A DNA stretch of 64,000 nucleotides from Candidatus Fermentibacteraceae bacterium (GTDB lineage: Bacteria > Fermentibacterota > Fermentibacteria > Fermentibacterales > JCC-6), in assembly GCA_041686025.1 (NCBI GenBank), contig JAWLEP010000013.1, positions 758 to 64,757 on the forward strand, in the 5' to 3' direction. This document shows, piece after piece, positions 39,676-49,140 of this stretch. The first letter of the stretch is position 1. Each line of letters opens with the position of its first letter. The position numbers and the translations under genes were made by a program. The notes beneath the pieces were generated by a model. It did not search any database and was not told where the DNA came from. It saw nothing but the letters and a program-made list of their open reading frames with translations.

Positions 39676-40772
39676 GCGCCGTGCAGCGGGTGGCGATACG
39701 GGAGGGTCTTACCTACGACAGGCACAGCCTCTCCGACGCTCTGCGGGACATGGTGGAGGCGGTGGGGGGCTGGCCCGACTCCATGGGGGCCGGCTCCAGG
39801 GTGCTTCTGAAGGTGAACATGCTGGCGGCCAAGCGTCCGGAGAGGGCCATAACCACCCATCCGCAGGTGGTGGCCGCGCTGGCCAGGCTGCTTCTGGACC
39901 GCGGCTGCAGCGTAGCGGTGGGCGACAGCCCCGGAGGCGCGGTGAAGGGCGTGCAGCGGTACTGGGACAGGTGCGGCTTCGCAGCTGTCGCCGAGGAGAT
40001 GGGCCTGGAGCTGGTGAACTTCGAGAGGTCCGGCTCCGAGGAGAGGCGCGTGGACGGTTTCACCTACCACATAGCCAGACCGGTGTTCGACTTCGATGCG
40101 GTTGTGAACATGTGCAAGCTGAAGACCCACATGTACTGCCGCATGACCTGCGCGGTGAAGAACGCCTTCGGCGTGGTGCCGGGGCTGGGAAAGGCCATGA
40201 TGCACGCCCATGCGGTCAGGCCCAGGGACCTGGCCAGGAGGATCGTGGAGATATACACCCAGGTCCGCTTCGACCTGGTGGTGATGGACGCCGTGCTGGC
40301 AATGGACGGCAAGGGCCCCAGCACCGACGGCCATCCCCGCAGCGACGGGGTGATGGCGGTGGCCACAGACAGCGTGGCCATGGATATGATCGCCTCGGAG
40401 ATGGTGGGGATGGAGACCGGCGAGTGGGGCACCACAAGGGCGGCCGTGGAAGCCGGAGTCGCCCCGGAACGGGCGGATATCGAGGTGGACGGCTGGCACG
40501 ACTTCCAGGACTTCCAGGTTCCCTCCAACCGGCTTTACAACATGGTTCCGCCGTTTCTGGGCAGTCTGGTCCGGCCCCTGCTGCGACGGGCGCCCGGAAG
40601 CAACCAGCGGTGCACGGGCTGCGGCTTCTGCGCCCGGAGCTGCCCGGTGGGGGCCATCACCATCAGAGACGGCAGGGCCAGGATGAGCAGCAGGAAGTGC
40701 ATCCTCTGCCTCTGCTGCCACGAGCTCTGCCCCGAGAACGCAGTGGAGGTAAAGACGCCGCTGGGCCGCTGA
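39672..40772 (+). CDS. DUF362 domain protein fused to C-terminal 4Fe-4S ferredoxin domain.
   Basis: DUF362 core (LLKVNMLAAKRPERAITTHPQVV...CKLKTHMYCRMTCAVKNAFGVVPG). The C-terminus has two CxxCxxCxxxCP motifs (CTGCGFCARSCP, CILCLCCHELCP). The ATGA overlaps the GT4 stop. Confidence 0.75.
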   Translation: MSAVQRVAIREGLTYDRHSLSDALRDMVEAVGGWPDSMGAGSRVLLKVNMLAAKRPERAITTHPQVVAALARLLLDRGCSVAVGDSPGGAVKGVQRYWDRCGFAAVAEEMGLELVNFERSGSEERRVDGFTYHIARPVFDFDAVVNMCKLKTHMYCRMTCAVKNAFGVVPGLGKAMMHAHAVRPRDLARRIVEIYTQVRFDLVVMDAVLAMDGKGPSTDGHPRSDGVMAVATDSVAMDMIASEMVGMETGEWGTTRAAVEAGVAPERADIEVDGWHDFQDFQVPSNRLYNMVPPFLGSLVRPLLRRAPGSNQRCTGCGFCARSCPVGAITIRDGRARMSSRKCILCLCCHELCPENAVEVKTPLGR

Positions 40773-40847
40773 GGACGCGTCCGGGAACCTTTCGCGGCGG
40801 GGCGTTTCTTTTTAGAATCCACAGTCTGCCCCGGAAACGGAGGATCG

Positions 40848-41774
40848 ATGGCCAGCAAGAGGTTCAGGCACCGCCTGGAGTACGCGCTGCTGCGGGCAAC
40901 GGTGTGGTTTCTCGGCCTGCTCCCCCTCAGGGCGGCGCTCCGGGCGGGGGCCGTTCTGGGCTGGACCGCCTGGCGGGTCCTGGGGATTCGCCGCCGCATA
41001 AGCATGATCAACCTCCGCCAGGCCTTTCCGGACCGCGACGACGAGGAGCTGGAGCGCATAGGCCTGGGGTCCTACATGAACGCCGGCCGGTTCATGGTGG
41101 AGTTCGCTCGGCAGAACAGGCTGGACGATGATCACATAGCCCGGCACGTGAAGCTGGACGGGGGCAGCCGGGAGATACTGCAGGAAGCCCTCTCGCTGGA
41201 GACCGGCCTCATAGGCCTGAGCTTCCACTTCGGCAACTGGGAGCTGCTGGGAGTGGCCCAGAGCCGCCTGGGCTTCGACGTCTCCTTCCTGGTGGGACAG
41301 CAGCGGAACAGGCTGGTGGACGACTTCATAAACCGGCTGCGCTCCTCCCACGGCCTGGAGATAATCACCCGGGACGCGGCCATGCGCCGAATAGTCAGAA
41401 TCGCCCGCAGCGGCGGCATAGTCTGCTGGCTCTCCGACCAGGATGCCGGCAGGGACGGCCTGGTGGTGGACTTCTTCGGCTACCCGGCCTCCACCCCCCG
41501 GGGCGCGGCGGCCTTCTCGGTGAAGCTGGGCATGCCCATTCTGGTGGGCTTCATGGTCCGCGAGGAGGGTCCGGACCACCGTCTGGTCTTTGGCGGACTG
41601 CTTCGCCCCAGGGAGGACCTGCCCCGGGAGGAGGCCGAGCTGGAGCTCACACAGCGTTACACGGAAGTGCTGGAGGAGATGGTCCGACGGCATCCGGAGC
41701 TCTACTGGTGGCCCCACCGGCGCTGGATGACAACCGGGCTTTACAGAGAGAAGAAGTCGGCGGATACTGAATAG
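40848..41774 (+). CDS. Lipid A biosynthesis (Kdo)2-lipid IVA acyltransferase-like / lysophospholipid acyltransferase (LpxL/HtrB family).
   Basis: N-terminal TM helix and an HX4D-type region (LSFHFGNWELLG). LpxL-family length (308 aa) and block order. Confidence 0.7.
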   Translation: MASKRFRHRLEYALLRATVWFLGLLPLRAALRAGAVLGWTAWRVLGIRRRISMINLRQAFPDRDDEELERIGLGSYMNAGRFMVEFARQNRLDDDHIARHVKLDGGSREILQEALSLETGLIGLSFHFGNWELLGVAQSRLGFDVSFLVGQQRNRLVDDFINRLRSSHGLEIITRDAAMRRIVRIARSGGIVCWLSDQDAGRDGLVVDFFGYPASTPRGAAAFSVKLGMPILVGFMVREEGPDHRLVFGGLLRPREDLPREEAELELTQRYTEVLEEMVRRHPELYWWPHRRWMTTGLYREKKSADTE

Positions 41775-41810
41775 ATGCGCCGTCGATGAGATGCGGGAAC
41801 GGGGTATTCC

Positions 41811-42938
41811 ATGAATAGCAGGGTAGCGGTTCTGAAGACCGGGCCCGACACGGTCCTGGAGGACTACTCCAGGCTGCTGCGGAGCATCGGCTACACGGAC
41901 TTTCTCGACGGGGGCGCCGACGTGCTCCTGAAGATCAACGTATCATGGCATCACTGGTATCCGGCCTGCTCCACCACACCCTGGCAGCTGGACGGCGTCA
42001 TAAGAACCCTCCTGGCGGACGGGTTCCGGCGCGACCAGCTGGTCTCAACGCACAACAGGACGGTGGTGGTCAGCGACAAGAAGGGGGAGAGGGGCAACCA
42101 CCTCAGGGGGGTGGACGAGGACCTGCACGGCATTCGCAAGGTGAGGCTGTACGAGCCCCCCGTGAAGTGGGAGGTCTACCGGCCGAAGAAGCCCTTCCGG
42201 GTCCTGGGGAAGATCTTCCCCGACGGGGTGAAGATCCCCGACTTCCTGGTGGGGAAGAACATAATCCACCTTCCCACCATGAAGACCCACGTCTTCACCA
42301 CCATCACCGGGGCCATGAAGAACGCCTTCGGCGGGCTGCTCAGCGAGCGCCGGCACTGGACCCACGCCGTGATCCACGAGACGCTGGTGGACCTGCTGCG
42401 GATACAGAAGGACATCCATCCCGGCATACTGGCGGTGATGGACGGCACCTTCGCCGGGGAAGGCCCGGGCCCCCGGGCCATGATCCCCCATGTGAAGAAC
42501 TACATACTGGCATCGGCCGACCAGGTGGCCATCGACGCCATCAGCGCCAGGATGCAGGGCTTCGATCCCATGAAGCTGGACTTCATCCGGCTGGCCCACG
42601 AGGAGGGCCTGGGAGTGGGCGACCCGCGGGACATAGAGGTGGTGGGGGAGGACATCTCGGACGTGGACTTCGGCTTCGTCCAGACCGACACCTTCGCCAG
42701 CCGCGGCCAGAAGCTTATCTACCACGGCTTCCTGAAGCCCCTGGAGGGGCTGCTCCTGCGCAGCCCGCTGGTGCCGTGGTCCTACCTGGCCAGCCGGGCC
42801 TACCACGACCTCTTCTGGATCAACGCCGTAGGCAGGAAGCGGATCAAGTGGGCCAGGTCCACGGAGTGGGGAAAGCTCTTCGAGCGGTACGGCTCCGTGG
42901 ACACCATGCCCCCCCTGGAGGGGGAGAATGGCGGCTGA
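41811..42938 (+). CDS. DUF362 domain protein (paralog without ferredoxin domain).
   Basis: Shares DUF362 blocks with 39672..40772 (LLKINVSWHH..., IIHLPTMKTHVFTTITGAMKNAFGG, LAVMDGTFAGEGPGP). Confidence 0.7.
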   Translation: MNSRVAVLKTGPDTVLEDYSRLLRSIGYTDFLDGGADVLLKINVSWHHWYPACSTTPWQLDGVIRTLLADGFRRDQLVSTHNRTVVVSDKKGERGNHLRGVDEDLHGIRKVRLYEPPVKWEVYRPKKPFRVLGKIFPDGVKIPDFLVGKNIIHLPTMKTHVFTTITGAMKNAFGGLLSERRHWTHAVIHETLVDLLRIQKDIHPGILAVMDGTFAGEGPGPRAMIPHVKNYILASADQVAIDAISARMQGFDPMKLDFIRLAHEEGLGVGDPRDIEVVGEDISDVDFGFVQTDTFASRGQKLIYHGFLKPLEGLLLRSPLVPWSYLASRAYHDLFWINAVGRKRIKWARSTEWGKLFERYGSVDTMPPLEGENGG

Positions 42939-43908
42939 GCGGCTCTCGGTTCTGGGCTGCGGCCGCTGGGGCGGGTTCCACCTCTGGTACGGCAGCCGGG
43001 TGGGGCTGGCCACCACCGGCTGGGAGCCGGAGGAATCGGCTCCCCTGGAGGAGCTGGCCAGGAACCGGCGCAACGAGTACCTGGAGCTGCCGAAGGACGT
43101 CCGGCTCACCTCGGACCTGGCCCGGGCCCTGGAGGCCGACCAGATCATCGTCTCCGTTCCTGCCCAGCACTTTCGCACGCTGGCGGCACGGCTGGCGGAG
43201 CACGACCTGCGGCGGGCCGACCTGGTGCTGTGCATGAAGGGCATAGAGCGCCGCACCGGCAGGAGGCTCAGCCAGGTGGCCTCCGAGGAGGGGGTTGGGG
43301 CGCGCAGCCTGTCGGCATGGGTGGGCCCCGGCCATCCCCAGCAGCTGGTCCGCGGCGTTCCCAGCTGCATGATAGTCGCCTCGGAGCTGGCGGAGAGCGC
43401 CGAGAGGATCGCCCGCCGCATGGGGAGCCCGCTCATACGGTTCTACCGCTCCACCGACCTTTCCGGCGTGGAGGTGGGAGCGGCGGCCAAGAACGTGGTG
43501 GGCATCGCCGCCGGCATCCTGGACGGCATGGGGTACTCCGGCCTCAAGGGTTCGCTGATGGCCCGGGCGCCCCAGGAGGTGGCCCGGCTGGTGGCGGCGA
43601 TGGGGGGCGACTGGCGGTCGGTCTACGGCCTCTCCCACCTGGGTGACTACGAGGCCACCCTGTTCTCCCCCTACAGCCGCAACCGGGCCTGCGGCGAGGC
43701 GCTGGCGAAGGGCAGGGAGGCGGCGGGCCTGGCCGAGGGCGTGGAGACCTCCGCCGCCATCTGCCGTCTCGCCGCCGAGTACGGCGTGGATATGCCCATA
43801 ACCAGGACGGTCCGCAGCATACTGGATGGCACGCTCACCCCGGCGGAGGCCATCGAGGAGCTGTTCGGCCGTCCGGAGAAAGAGGAGTTCCCTGATTCTT
43901 TCCGCTAG
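42928..43908 (+). CDS. gpsA: NAD(P)H-dependent glycerol-3-phosphate dehydrogenase.
   Basis: Rossmann N-terminus LSVLGCGRWG and GpsA motifs (VEVGAAAKNVVGIAAGILDGMG, ETSAAICRLAAEYGVDMPIT). 326 aa. It overlaps the previous stop. Confidence 0.85.
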   Translation: MAAERLSVLGCGRWGGFHLWYGSRVGLATTGWEPEESAPLEELARNRRNEYLELPKDVRLTSDLARALEADQIIVSVPAQHFRTLAARLAEHDLRRADLVLCMKGIERRTGRRLSQVASEEGVGARSLSAWVGPGHPQQLVRGVPSCMIVASELAESAERIARRMGSPLIRFYRSTDLSGVEVGAAAKNVVGIAAGILDGMGYSGLKGSLMARAPQEVARLVAAMGGDWRSVYGLSHLGDYEATLFSPYSRNRACGEALAKGREAAGLAEGVETSAAICRLAAEYGVDMPITRTVRSILDGTLTPAEAIEELFGRPEKEEFPDSFR

Positions 43909-43972
43909 CCGAAAAGGCGAGACCGAGATCCTGGCCGACCACCTGCACAGGGCCCCTCCCCTGCCGGGGGTG

Positions 43973-45007
43973 ATGGAGGCCCGGGACAGGGCGGAGAGGA
44001 CCCTGGGGGGGCATCCCCGCAGCTCCGCCTCGGACGGGATCGAGCTTCGCAGGCACCTGGACCGCTGCTCCGAAAAGGCGGCGGAGTTCTTCGGCGCCGC
44101 CTGCTGCGTCTTCTGCCCTCCCGGCACGGGAGCCGGCCTGGTAGTCGGGGAGCTGTGTCGCGGGCTCTCCGGGTCTTCCACCCGCCACGCAGTGCTGGCC
44201 GGGCTCTCCGACCTCACGCTTCTGGAGCCCATGCGCAGACTGCGCACGGCGGGAGGCGAGGTGGAGACCTGCCCGGTGGAGTCGGGGGGCAGGCTGGACC
44301 CGGAGCGCATGGCATCCATGCTGCGTCCCGGTGCTTCCCTGGCCTGCATGTCCTGGGCCTGCCGGACCACCGGCCTGCTCCAGCCGGCCGAAGAGCTGGC
44401 CGAGAGATGCGGGTCCATGGACGTCCCGCTGCTGGTGGAGGCCTCGGTGGTGGCGGGAAGGCTGCCGGTGGACATGGGGTCCATGGGCATTCCCGCGATG
44501 GTTGTGCGCAGCGACGCGCTGGGCGCTCCTCCCGGCCTGGACCTGGTGCTGCTGGACGAAGGGCTGGAGTCCCTCGACCCGGTGCCGGCGTTCTTCGAGC
44601 CGGGCCCGGGGGTTCCCGCCGGAGTGGAGGCCGCTGTGGAGGAGCTCTCCACCGGAGTGCAGCCCCGCGGCAGGATCGTCAGCGAGCTGAGGGATGCCCT
44701 GGTGGAATGGGTGACCACCAGAATCGATGGCTGCCGCTGTCCGGTGGACACGGCCCATCTCGTTCCGGGAGCCTTCATGATACTGGCCGGAGAGGGCGGG
44801 CCGGAGGGCCTGCACGCCAGGATGGAGGCCGCCGGACTGCGGGTGTCCGACCCTGACTCGGCGGAGCGTCTGGCCTTCATGCAGGACTCGGGGATGGACG
44901 ACATCGAACCCGACAGGCTCGTATGCGGCTGCCTCTCCCCGGGAAGCAGCATGGTGGACGTGGAGCTCTTCTGCAGGGGCCTGCGCGAGATCATGGAAGG
45001 GGGATGA
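43973..45007 (+). CDS. Aminotransferase class V-fold (NifS/cysteine-desulfurase-like) protein that apparently lacks the PLP-binding lysine.
   Basis: Block order resembles NifS, but the SGHK(I/L)YGPKG position reads VVRSDALGAPPG. The start is uncertain (ATG ~43973 is the first after the gpsA stop). Confidence 0.45.
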   Translation: MEARDRAERTLGGHPRSSASDGIELRRHLDRCSEKAAEFFGAACCVFCPPGTGAGLVVGELCRGLSGSSTRHAVLAGLSDLTLLEPMRRLRTAGGEVETCPVESGGRLDPERMASMLRPGASLACMSWACRTTGLLQPAEELAERCGSMDVPLLVEASVVAGRLPVDMGSMGIPAMVVRSDALGAPPGLDLVLLDEGLESLDPVPAFFEPGPGVPAGVEAAVEELSTGVQPRGRIVSELRDALVEWVTTRIDGCRCPVDTAHLVPGAFMILAGEGGPEGLHARMEAAGLRVSDPDSAERLAFMQDSGMDDIEPDRLVCGCLSPGSSMVDVELFCRGLREIMEGG

Positions 45008-46170
45008 TGCGCCGCTTTCTGCAGCTCGCCATGGCGCTTCTCATGGCCGCTCCCGCCCTGTCCGCCGGAAGGCGGTACCTTTGGGTGGTGAGAGACGGCC
45101 TCCGCAGCCCGGCGAGCATCGACTCCCTGCTGGAGAGGGCGTCCCTCTCCGGGGCCAACGGGCTGGTGGTGCAGGTGGTGGGAAGGGCCGAGGCCTACTA
45201 CGACTCCGACGTCCTGCCCCCGGCTGACTTCCGCGGCACCGACGATCCCCTGCGCTACCTTATCTCCCGGGCCCGTCCCCTGGGCATGGAGGTGCACGCC
45301 TGGGTGAACGCCTTCCTCGTCTGGTCCGCGCCCTGGTCGCCCGGGGACTCCTCCCACGTGGTCCTGGCCCACCCGGAGTGGATGATGGCCGACCGCCACG
45401 GCCGCTCCACGATGGACTACGGCCCCGAGGAGGCCGAGGCCGCGGGACTGGTGGGAGCCACCCTCTCCCCCGCCGAGCCCCGGGTCAGGGAGATGCTGGG
45501 GGCGGTGGCCGGCGAGCTGGCCTCCGGGTACGCCATAGACGGCATCCACCTGGACTACATCAGATACCCGGGCAGCTCCTTCGGATTCGAGGACCGGGCC
45601 CGGGCCCTGTTCACCTTCGCCGCAGGCGAGGACCCGGTGGGGGGAGGCTATCCCCGGGGGCCGATGTCGGACGACGCCGCGGCGGAGTGGTCGCGGTGGC
45701 GGGGGGCGATGGTCACCGAGGCGGTGGAGACCGTATCCGCCGCCGTCGGGAGGGCCGACCCCTTCCTGGAGCTCTCCGCGGCAGTGATCGCCGACCCCTG
45801 GGCGGCCGAGGGCTCCTTCAGCTGTCCCTGGAGGGACTGGCTGGAGGACGGTCTGCTGGACCTGGCCTTTCCCATGGCCTACGCCACCGACCCGGAGGCG
45901 GCGGAGCGGCTGGCCCGGCTGGACACCGCCATGGATCCGGAGAGGGTGGTATACGGAATAGCGTGCTACAACCAGCCGCTGGAACGGGCCTGGAACGCGG
46001 CGGAGCTGGCTCTGGAGAGGGACGCCGCCGGGGTGTGCGTATTCAGCCTGGGAGCCATGGACGACCGCGACGCCGCCCTCCTGTCGCGGCTCTGGAACGG
46101 GGGAAGTCAGACAGAAGCGCTCCCCCCCGCGGCGTTCCACAGAACCTGGAAGGGAATGCCGAGGCCGTGA
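45004..46170 (+). CDS. Glycoside hydrolase-like family 10 (GHL10/DUF4015-like TIM-barrel) secreted protein.
   Basis: Signal peptide MMRRFLQLAMALLMAAPALSA. Motifs GANGLVVQVVGRAEAYYDS, GMEVHAWVNAF and IDGIHLDYIRYP are typical of family-10-like uncharacterised glycosyl hydrolases. The ATGA overlaps the upstream stop. Confidence 0.6.
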   Translation: MMRRFLQLAMALLMAAPALSAGRRYLWVVRDGLRSPASIDSLLERASLSGANGLVVQVVGRAEAYYDSDVLPPADFRGTDDPLRYLISRARPLGMEVHAWVNAFLVWSAPWSPGDSSHVVLAHPEWMMADRHGRSTMDYGPEEAEAAGLVGATLSPAEPRVREMLGAVAGELASGYAIDGIHLDYIRYPGSSFGFEDRARALFTFAAGEDPVGGGYPRGPMSDDAAAEWSRWRGAMVTEAVETVSAAVGRADPFLELSAAVIADPWAAEGSFSCPWRDWLEDGLLDLAFPMAYATDPEAAERLARLDTAMDPERVVYGIACYNQPLERAWNAAELALERDAAGVCVFSLGAMDDRDAALLSRLWNGGSQTEALPPAAFHRTWKGMPRP

Positions 46171-46928
46171 GGGTGGCGGTGCTGGCCAGCGGGAGCAGGG
46201 GCAACGCCGTGGTGGTGGAGCACGACGGGCTGGTGCTCTACTTCGACTCCGGACTGAGCGGGAAGGAGCATGCCAGAAGGCTCCGCCAGAGCGGCCTGGA
46301 CTGTCCGCCTCCCAGCGCCGTGTTCCTCAGCCACGAGCACTCCGACCACCTCAAGGGGGTGGGAGTACTGGCCAGAAGGTACGGAGCCCCCGTCTACACC
46401 TCGCCGGGCACGGCCCGGGCGGCGGCTCCCAGGCTGGGGAAGCTGCCGGAGCTGGTGAGGATGCCCAACGGCGACACCGTTGACATGGGGCCCCTGCAGG
46501 TGTCCAGCTTCTCCGTTCCACATGACGCGGCCGATCCCAGTGGCTATGTAATCCAGTGGTGTGGAGGAAGGCTGGGCATCGCCACAGACCTGGGCATTGC
46601 CGGGCCCCTGGTGCGGGCACGGCTCTCGGACTGCACGGCACTCCTCCTGGAGTTCAACCACGACCTGGAGATGCTCTGGAACGGAAGCTACCCCTGGCCC
46701 CTGAAGCAGAGGATAGCCTCCTCCACGGGCCACCTCTCCAACGAGTCGGCGGCGGAGCTCCTGGGGTCCGTGGGCCATGGCGGCCTGGGGCTGGTGGTGC
46801 TGGCGCACCTCAGCGCGGAGAACAACAGGCCCGAGCTGGCGGTGTCGGCCGCCAGGGAGGTGCTGGAGGGGCCGGCGGTGTACGCGGGCCTGCAGGACAG
46901 AGCGCTTGTTGCTTTGGACATTGAATAG
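46167..46928 (+). CDS. MBL-fold metallo-hydrolase (YycJ/PhnP-like).
   Basis: HEHSDH (HxHxDH) motif. Likely GTG start ~46167 internal to track ORF 45378..46928. 254 aa. Confidence 0.75.
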   Translation: MRVAVLASGSRGNAVVVEHDGLVLYFDSGLSGKEHARRLRQSGLDCPPPSAVFLSHEHSDHLKGVGVLARRYGAPVYTSPGTARAAAPRLGKLPELVRMPNGDTVDMGPLQVSSFSVPHDAADPSGYVIQWCGGRLGIATDLGIAGPLVRARLSDCTALLLEFNHDLEMLWNGSYPWPLKQRIASSTGHLSNESAAELLGSVGHGGLGLVVLAHLSAENNRPELAVSAAREVLEGPAVYAGLQDRALVALDIE

Positions 46929-46937
46929 GGGGACAGC

Positions 46938-47474
46938 TTGAGAGCAGCCGCTGCAGCCATTCTCATCCTGACAGCCGTCTCCGCGCCCGCCGGAGGGCTG
47001 GACCTGGGCGCGTCCATGGGGCTTTCCTATCCGGTGGGCGCATGGGGCGACAACATCGGAAGCGGGATCAGCGCCGAAGCCGTCGGGCTATGGAAGGCCT
47101 ACGACCGTCTGGGAGTGGGAGCCGGCATGGGGCTTTCGGTCTACGGGGACGACTGGGACGGAGATGCCTCGTTGGTCAGGCTGGCTCCGCAGCTGGTGGC
47201 CAGGGGCGTACTCAGGCCCGGAGCCGCCAGCTTCGAACCCGGACTGGAGGTGGGCCTGGGAATGGCCAGGAGCAGCCTGTCCTCCTCCGGCGGAAGCGAT
47301 CCCGCCAGCTGGGACCCCTTCTGGAGGACCGGCCTCCGCTGGGGCTTCGGCCTGGGCGGCGGCCTGCGGGGGGGCGTGGGCTTCGACTTCTCGGGAGTCC
47401 TGGCGGACGTGGAGACCGCCGAGTCGTTCGAGATCCTCTTCACGGTGGGAAGGGAGGTGGGTTCGCCATGGTAA
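46938..47474 (+). CDS. Small secreted glycine-rich protein (possible outer-membrane beta-barrel).
   Basis: TTG start and signal-like N-terminus (AAAAILILTAVSAPAGG). It has alternating G/hydrophobic patterns. Confidence 0.4.
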   Translation: MRAAAAAILILTAVSAPAGGLDLGASMGLSYPVGAWGDNIGSGISAEAVGLWKAYDRLGVGAGMGLSVYGDDWDGDASLVRLAPQLVARGVLRPGAASFEPGLEVGLGMARSSLSSSGGSDPASWDPFWRTGLRWGFGLGGGLRGGVGFDFSGVLADVETAESFEILFTVGREVGSPW

Positions 47475-48124
47475 GGTACGCAGCGACCGCGGCCTGCCTG
47501 GCAGCGATCCTGCTGGCCGGCTGCAGCAGCAACCCCCTCTACTACAGGCTGGGGAGCGACTACTACCCCGTGTCTCCGGTGGGCACCATGTGGGTCTACT
47601 CCGTGGAGGGGGGAGGCAACGTGGTGGTGACCGTGGTAGACCAGGCGGAGGTGGCGCAGCGGTCGTGCTACCGCCTGCAGCGGGGGGCGGAGTACACCTA
47701 CTTCATCAACGACAAGGGCCGGCTGGAGCACTACGAGGACCACCGCGTGCTCTACAACGGCTACGAGATCGAGCTGTACAGCGGGTGGGTCCCCTACCTG
47801 GACTGGCCCCTGGCCGAGGGCGCGTCATGGACCGACTCCGTATCGGTCTCCACCTCCGAGCAGGGGGTGACCATCAACCACCGCTGGACCAGAACCACCA
47901 CGGTGGAGGGCCTGGAGACCGTCACCGTCCCCGCCGGGACCTGGAGCGACTGCTACCATCTCACCGAGACGGAGACGGAGATCAACTGGATTCAAACCGG
48001 CGGCTTCCAGCCCGAGACCACCACGGTGAGCCGTGAGATCTGGCTGGCCCCCGACGTAGGCATGGTGCGGAAGCAGACGGCCGACAGCACCGTGACCCTG
48101 AGCAGCTTCACTCCCGGGCAGTAG
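47468..48124 (+). CDS. Hypothetical lipoprotein.
   Basis: Lipobox AAILLAGCSS. 218 aa. The true start is the internal ATG ~47468 of track ORF 47042..48124. Confidence 0.5.
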   Translation: MVRYAATAACLAAILLAGCSSNPLYYRLGSDYYPVSPVGTMWVYSVEGGGNVVVTVVDQAEVAQRSCYRLQRGAEYTYFINDKGRLEHYEDHRVLYNGYEIELYSGWVPYLDWPLAEGASWTDSVSVSTSEQGVTINHRWTRTTTVEGLETVTVPAGTWSDCYHLTETETEINWIQTGGFQPETTTVSREIWLAPDVGMVRKQTADSTVTLSSFTPGQ

Positions 48125-48137
48125 GCCGGGCGCCCGC

Positions 48138-49115
48138 ATGGCCCTGTCCCAGGCGGTGCCGTACCTTCTCATGGCCGGGGGTTTCGTCCTCCTGGTAAAG
48201 GGCGCCGACTACCTGGTAAAGGGAGGAAGCCGGCTCTCCACCCTGGTGGGGGTTTCCCCGCTGTTCATCGGCCTGGCGGTGGCGGCCCTGGGCACCAGCG
48301 CCCCGGAGGCCGCGGTCTCCATCAAGGCCGCCCTGTCCGGCTACAGCGACATCTCCATCGGCAACATCCTGGGAAGCAACGTGGCCAACATCGGCCTGGC
48401 CCTGGGGCTGGCCGCCGCGGCGCACAGGCTGCCCTGCTCGCCCAGCACCCTGTGGAAGGAGATCCCCTACAGCCTGCTGGCCGCCCTGGTGCTGCTCCTG
48501 GCGGGGATGAACGCCTTTGCCGGCGGGTCCGACATATCCAGGCCCGAGGGCGCTCTGCTGCTGCTGATGTTCGGCCTCTACCTCTACTACCTGATGAACA
48601 TGGCCAGCAGAGATCGGCGGAAGGCGTTCCTGAATGAGGACGTGATAGACCCCGGCGGCACCAGGGTGGAGGCGGCCAGGGCCTCCCTGATGACCTTGGG
48701 GGGGATAGCGGCGGTGATCTTCGGCGGCCACCTGGCTGTGGACAACGCCGTGGAGATAGCCACCAGATGGGGAGTGAGCCAGACACTGATCAGCGTCACC
48801 ATAGTGGCCCTGGGCACCTCGCTTCCGGAGGTGGTCACCACACTCACCGCCGTCAGCAGGGGGGAGTACGACATCGCCCTGGGCAACGCCGTGGGCAGCA
48901 ACATATTCAACATCCTCTTCGTTCTGGGGGCCACGGCCTTCATCCGGCCCATTGACTTCGCCCCCAGAATGACGGCCGACCTCCTCTTCATTATGGGTAT
49001 AACTGTGCTGGTTTTCCTGTTCCTGCTGCGTCGGAGGAAGCTCCAGCGCTGGCAGGGCGCGGTCCTGGTGGGCTTCTACGCGGTCTACATCGCCTTCGTC
49101 ATAGTCCGCAGATAG
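48138..49115 (+). CDS. Ca2+/cation antiporter (CaCA family, YrbG-like).
   Basis: Two alpha-repeat motifs (GTSAPEAAVSIKAA...GNILGSNVANIGL and GTSLPEVVTTLTAV...GNAVGSNIFNILFVLG). About 10 TMs. Confidence 0.85.
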   Translation: MALSQAVPYLLMAGGFVLLVKGADYLVKGGSRLSTLVGVSPLFIGLAVAALGTSAPEAAVSIKAALSGYSDISIGNILGSNVANIGLALGLAAAAHRLPCSPSTLWKEIPYSLLAALVLLLAGMNAFAGGSDISRPEGALLLLMFGLYLYYLMNMASRDRRKAFLNEDVIDPGGTRVEAARASLMTLGGIAAVIFGGHLAVDNAVEIATRWGVSQTLISVTIVALGTSLPEVVTTLTAVSRGEYDIALGNAVGSNIFNILFVLGATAFIRPIDFAPRMTADLLFIMGITVLVFLFLLRRRKLQRWQGAVLVGFYAVYIAFVIVRR

Positions 49116-49140
49116 GCCGCTTCTCCGGGGGGTGTAAATC

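Noticed and set aside
42844-46140. 1098-aa minus-strand ORF.
   Set aside because: It is antisense to gpsA, the NifS-like gene and the GHL10-like gene, all of which have recognisable motifs on the plus strand.
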